NCBI GenBank assembly: GCA_037141135.1
Contig: JBAXDB010000002.1
Location: 1 to 56,800, forward strand
Reading direction: 5' to 3'
DNA from: a bacterium
GTDB lineage: Bacteria; Verrucomicrobiota; Kiritimatiellia; CAIKKV01; CAITUY01
Length of the DNA stretch: 56,800 nucleotides
Positions 54,542-56,800 of this stretch are shown here, one piece after another (the stretch's first letter is position 1; each line of letters begins with the position of its first letter). A model generated the notes under the pieces. That model was not told where the DNA came from. It worked only from the letters and a program-made list of their open reading frames with translations, and did no database searches. The position numbers were made by a program, and so were the translations under genes.

Positions 54542-55888
54542 ATGCGCCTGGATACCCGTAAAATGCTGGATCGCTCGTTCACCGCTTCAGGAGTGCTGGC
54601 GATTATATTGATGACCTCCGCTCTGATCATTCTGCTGGCCCCGATGTTTGTCCGGGGCATAGGGGCTATTTTCTTTATAGGAACGGTGGAGCATCGGCGA
54701 CTGATGCTGGAAAAGTTTGAGCGGGGGAACCGTCCGGCGATCGAGACCGAGGTGGCTTCCGCACGTACGGCACGCGAACCGGTCTTCCAGATGGTCGCGG
54801 AGTTTGAAAAGCAGCTGGAGACAATGCCTTCCGCCGAACGTCGGAAGGTTATGCCATCCTTCAAGGAACTGAAAAAGGCCCTTAATGCCCTGTTGGGCCC
54901 GGCACCCGGCGCACAACGGCCCATGCTGATGCGGGACCAGTTCGGCCAAACCCGATGGGACCGGGCCCAGGTGAAACTTGAGCGCGTTCTTTTCCGGGAG
55001 GAGTGGGACTACAGCCATACCGAACGTGGGGGCGTGAAAATACTCAAACCCAGGGTCAATGATTTTGCCGGCACCGCGTTGGAGCCGCTGTTCCCCTATC
55101 TTGCCGCCAACCTGGACAAGATGTTATTGCCCCATAGAACGGTTTATTGGCAGTTTTTAACGGATGAATCTTATGACTCGCATTTTTTCGGGGGGATATG
55201 GCCGGAATTATTAGGGACATTGTACCTGACGGTCGGGGCCATGCTCTTCGCAATCCCGATGGGGTTGATTGCGGCAATCTACCTGACCGAATATGCGCCG
55301 GAAAATTCTTTTGTAAGTTTTCTGCGGACCTGCATCAGCACACTGGCCGGAGTACCCAGCATCGTCTTTGGACTGTTCGGCCTCGCCTTTTTCATCAATA
55401 CCCTTGGTGTGTCGCATTCTAAAAGCGTGCTGGTCGGCTCCATGACCCTGGCCCTGATGATCCTTCCCACCGTCATTCGGGCATCAGAAGAGGCCATTCT
55501 CGCTGTGCCCCGAACCTATAAGGAGGCAGCTCTGAGTCTGGGCGCCGGGCGCTGGCACACCGTTATGACCATTATTCTCCCAGCCGCATTGCCGGGAATT
55601 CTCACCGGTATCGTGATCAGCATGGGCCGGGCGGCCGGAGAGACGGCGCCCATCATTTTCACCGCGGCCGTCAGCATCGGCAAACCCCTAGCCCTGTGGC
55701 AGGTGTTCAGCCACCCGACACCGGCACTTTCGTGGAACATTTACAATCTGGCTACCGAGCATGAGGCGATGGATGAAATCCGTCATGTTCAGTACGGCCT
55801 TGTGCTGGTGCTGGTCACGCTGGTACTTTTGTTAAATTTGGCAGCCATTCTAATGAGGGCCCGGGTCGCCAAGCGATTGAGAGGTTGA
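54542..55888 (+). CDS. pstA: Phosphate ABC transporter permease PstA (long form with a large periplasmic loop)
   Basis: 448 aa. TM1 is followed by a hydrophilic loop of about 190 aa, then the permease core (...[29 protein letters not shown]...). Confidence 0.8.
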   Translation: MRLDTRKMLDRSFTASGVLAIILMTSALIILLAPMFVRGIGAIFFIGTVEHRRLMLEKFERGNRPAIETEVASARTAREPVFQMVAEFEKQLETMPSAERRKVMPSFKELKKALNALLGPAPGAQRPMLMRDQFGQTRWDRAQVKLERVLFREEWDYSHTERGGVKILKPRVNDFAGTALEPLFPYLAANLDKMLLPHRTVYWQFLTDESYDSHFFGGIWPELLGTLYLTVGAMLFAIPMGLIAAIYLTEYAPENSFVSFLRTCISTLAGVPSIVFGLFGLAFFINTLGVSHSKSVLVGSMTLALMILPTVIRASEEAILAVPRTYKEAALSLGAGRWHTVMTIILPAALPGILTGIVISMGRAAGETAPIIFTAAVSIGKPLALWQVFSHPTPALSWNIYNLATEHEAMDEIRHVQYGLVLVLVTLVLLLNLAAILMRARVAKRLRG

Positions 55889-55901
55889 GAGGAGTTTTAC
55901 T

Positions 55902-56711
55902 ATGAATCAATTTGAGCGCGCGATGGATAAGGACCGGACAGACAAAACCCCCGACGGGGCAGCCCATGTTCAGACCTCTGATTTTTCGGTTTATTACCGT
56001 GCCAATCATGCTGTCAAAAATGTTCACCTGTCTTTTGGCAGCGGCTTGGTTACGGCCATTATCGGCCCCAGCGGCTGCGGCAAAAGCACATTACTGAGGG
56101 CAGTGAACCGGATGAATGATCTGGTGCCGGGTTGCCGGACGGATGGCGAGTTACTGTTCGATGGGCAAGACATCTATTCGCCCAGTATTGACGTCGTCAC
56201 CCTGCGGCGTCGGATCGGGATGGTGTTCCAGAAGCCAAACCCGTTCCCGAAAACGATTTTTGACAATGTGGCCTATGGACCGCGCCTGCACCGGCAGGTC
56301 ACCCAGAATGAATTGGCGGAGATTGTTGAGCGCAGTCTGACCGGAGCGGCCTTATGGGACGAGGTCAAAGATCGCCTGCAGCAGAATGCTCTGGGGTTGT
56401 CCGGGGGGCAGCAACAGCGGCTATGCATCGCCCGGGCGCTCGCCGTGGATCCTGAAGTCCTGTTAATGGACGAACCTACCTCGGCGCTGGATCCACGGGC
56501 GACGCTGAAGATCGAGGACCTGATTGATGATCTACGAGGAAAGTACACCATCATCATTGTGACACACAATATGCAGCAGGCTGCCCGGGTTTCGGACTTT
56601 ACGGCATTTATGTATGAGGGTTCAATGATTGAGTATGGGCAAACGACGGCTATGTTTACCAAGCCGAAAGAAAAACAGACGGAAGATTATATTACCGGCC
56701 GGTTCGGGTGA
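55902..56711 (+). CDS. pstB: Phosphate ABC transporter ATP-binding protein PstB
   Basis: Walker [13 protein letters not shown] signature LSGGQQQRL and Walker [13 protein letters not shown]. The length and N-terminal region are typical of PstB. Confidence 0.9.
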   Translation: MNQFERAMDKDRTDKTPDGAAHVQTSDFSVYYRANHAVKNVHLSFGSGLVTAIIGPSGCGKSTLLRAVNRMNDLVPGCRTDGELLFDGQDIYSPSIDVVTLRRRIGMVFQKPNPFPKTIFDNVAYGPRLHRQVTQNELAEIVERSLTGAALWDEVKDRLQQNALGLSGGQQQRLCIARALAVDPEVLLMDEPTSALDPRATLKIEDLIDDLRGKYTIIIVTHNMQQAARVSDFTAFMYEGSMIEYGQTTAMFTKPKEKQTEDYITGRFG

Positions 56712-56732
56712 GAAGATACCCCTCACCTTAAT

Positions 56733-56800
56733 CCTCTCCCCCAAAGGGAGAGGAAACAGACAAATGACCCCCTCTCCCTTCAGGGGAGAGGAAACAGACA
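56733..56800 (+). repeat. Two tandem copies of a roughly 30-nt hairpin repeat ending in aaacagaca; the array may continue past the window edge
   Basis: Copy 1 is cctctccc-ccaaa-gggagagg-aaacagaca (56733-56761). Copy 2 is cctctccc-ttca-ggggagagg-aaacagaca (56771-56800). The period is 38 nt, beginning directly after the pstB stop. Confidence 0.7.

Noticed and set aside
56733-56800. Start of a CRISPR array.
   Set aside because: The repeat period is only 38 nt, leaving a spacer of about 9 nt. The repeats are self-complementary, terminator-like hairpins, and no cas genes are nearby.
1-56800. Mobile elements, prophage, toxin-antitoxin or dedicated anti-phage defence modules.
   Set aside because: No integrase, transposase, recombinase, nuclease/helicase/ATPase defence-type gene, terminal inverted repeats or tRNA attachment sites were seen. 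The only weak toxin-antitoxin-like hint, the 75-aa AbrB/MazE-like ORF at 39706, has no toxin partner.

Overview
GC-rich chromosomal segment from a diderm (Gram-negative-type) bacterium. The phylum cannot be assigned from sequence alone. I found no rRNA, tRNA, CRISPR array, transposase or integrase. Genes form long, tightly packed operons, many with ATGA start/stop overlaps.

Layout, left to right:
(1) 1-9955, minus strand: an exopolysaccharide export and modification operon. It encodes a Wza-like exporter, a Wzc-like co-polymerase/ATPase, a NodB-type deacetylase, a Wzy/O-antigen-ligase-like membrane protein, an unknown enzyme with a PP-loop-like motif, a GT4 glycosyltransferase and a truncated glycoside-hydrolase-like gene.
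(2) 10056-21794, minus strand: a TonB-dependent uptake operon. It has a large receptor, ExbB, TonB, a TPR protein, a coiled-coil DUF3450-like protein, a long MotA/ExbB paralog, ExbD, a beta-barrel protein and two lipoproteins.
(3) 21986-24103, minus strand: a secreted 705-aa protein with its own terminator.
(4) A PhoB-like response regulator diverges across an unusually long (918 bp), hairpin-rich non-coding region from a roughly 18 kb plus-strand operon (26162-44540). That operon is built around a 2642-aa iterative PKS/FAS-like megasynthase with domain order ER-like, ER, KS, AT, ACP, KR, DH. It also encodes a PPTase, a free carrier protein, a GNAT, two GT-C-fold membrane glycosyltransferase-like proteins, two small proteins, a second KS-AT synthase and a secreted protein.
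(5) 44883-51117: a secreted unknown protein and a second PhoB-like regulator, followed by a translationally coupled triad. The triad is an unknown 794-aa protein, a phosphatidylserine-decarboxylase-family protein and a divergent Lgt-family membrane protein.
(6) 51211-56711: a porin plus pstSCAB.

The most interesting candidates are the non-canonical 'secondary lipid' megasynthase operon and the unknown/PSD-like/Lgt-like triad. Both lie between two PhoB paralogs and next to the Pst phosphate transporter. I read this as a possible phosphate-limitation-responsive lipid-synthesis or lipid-remodelling island. That reading is inference only.

All functional calls come from reading motifs in the supplied translations. 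No database searches were run.
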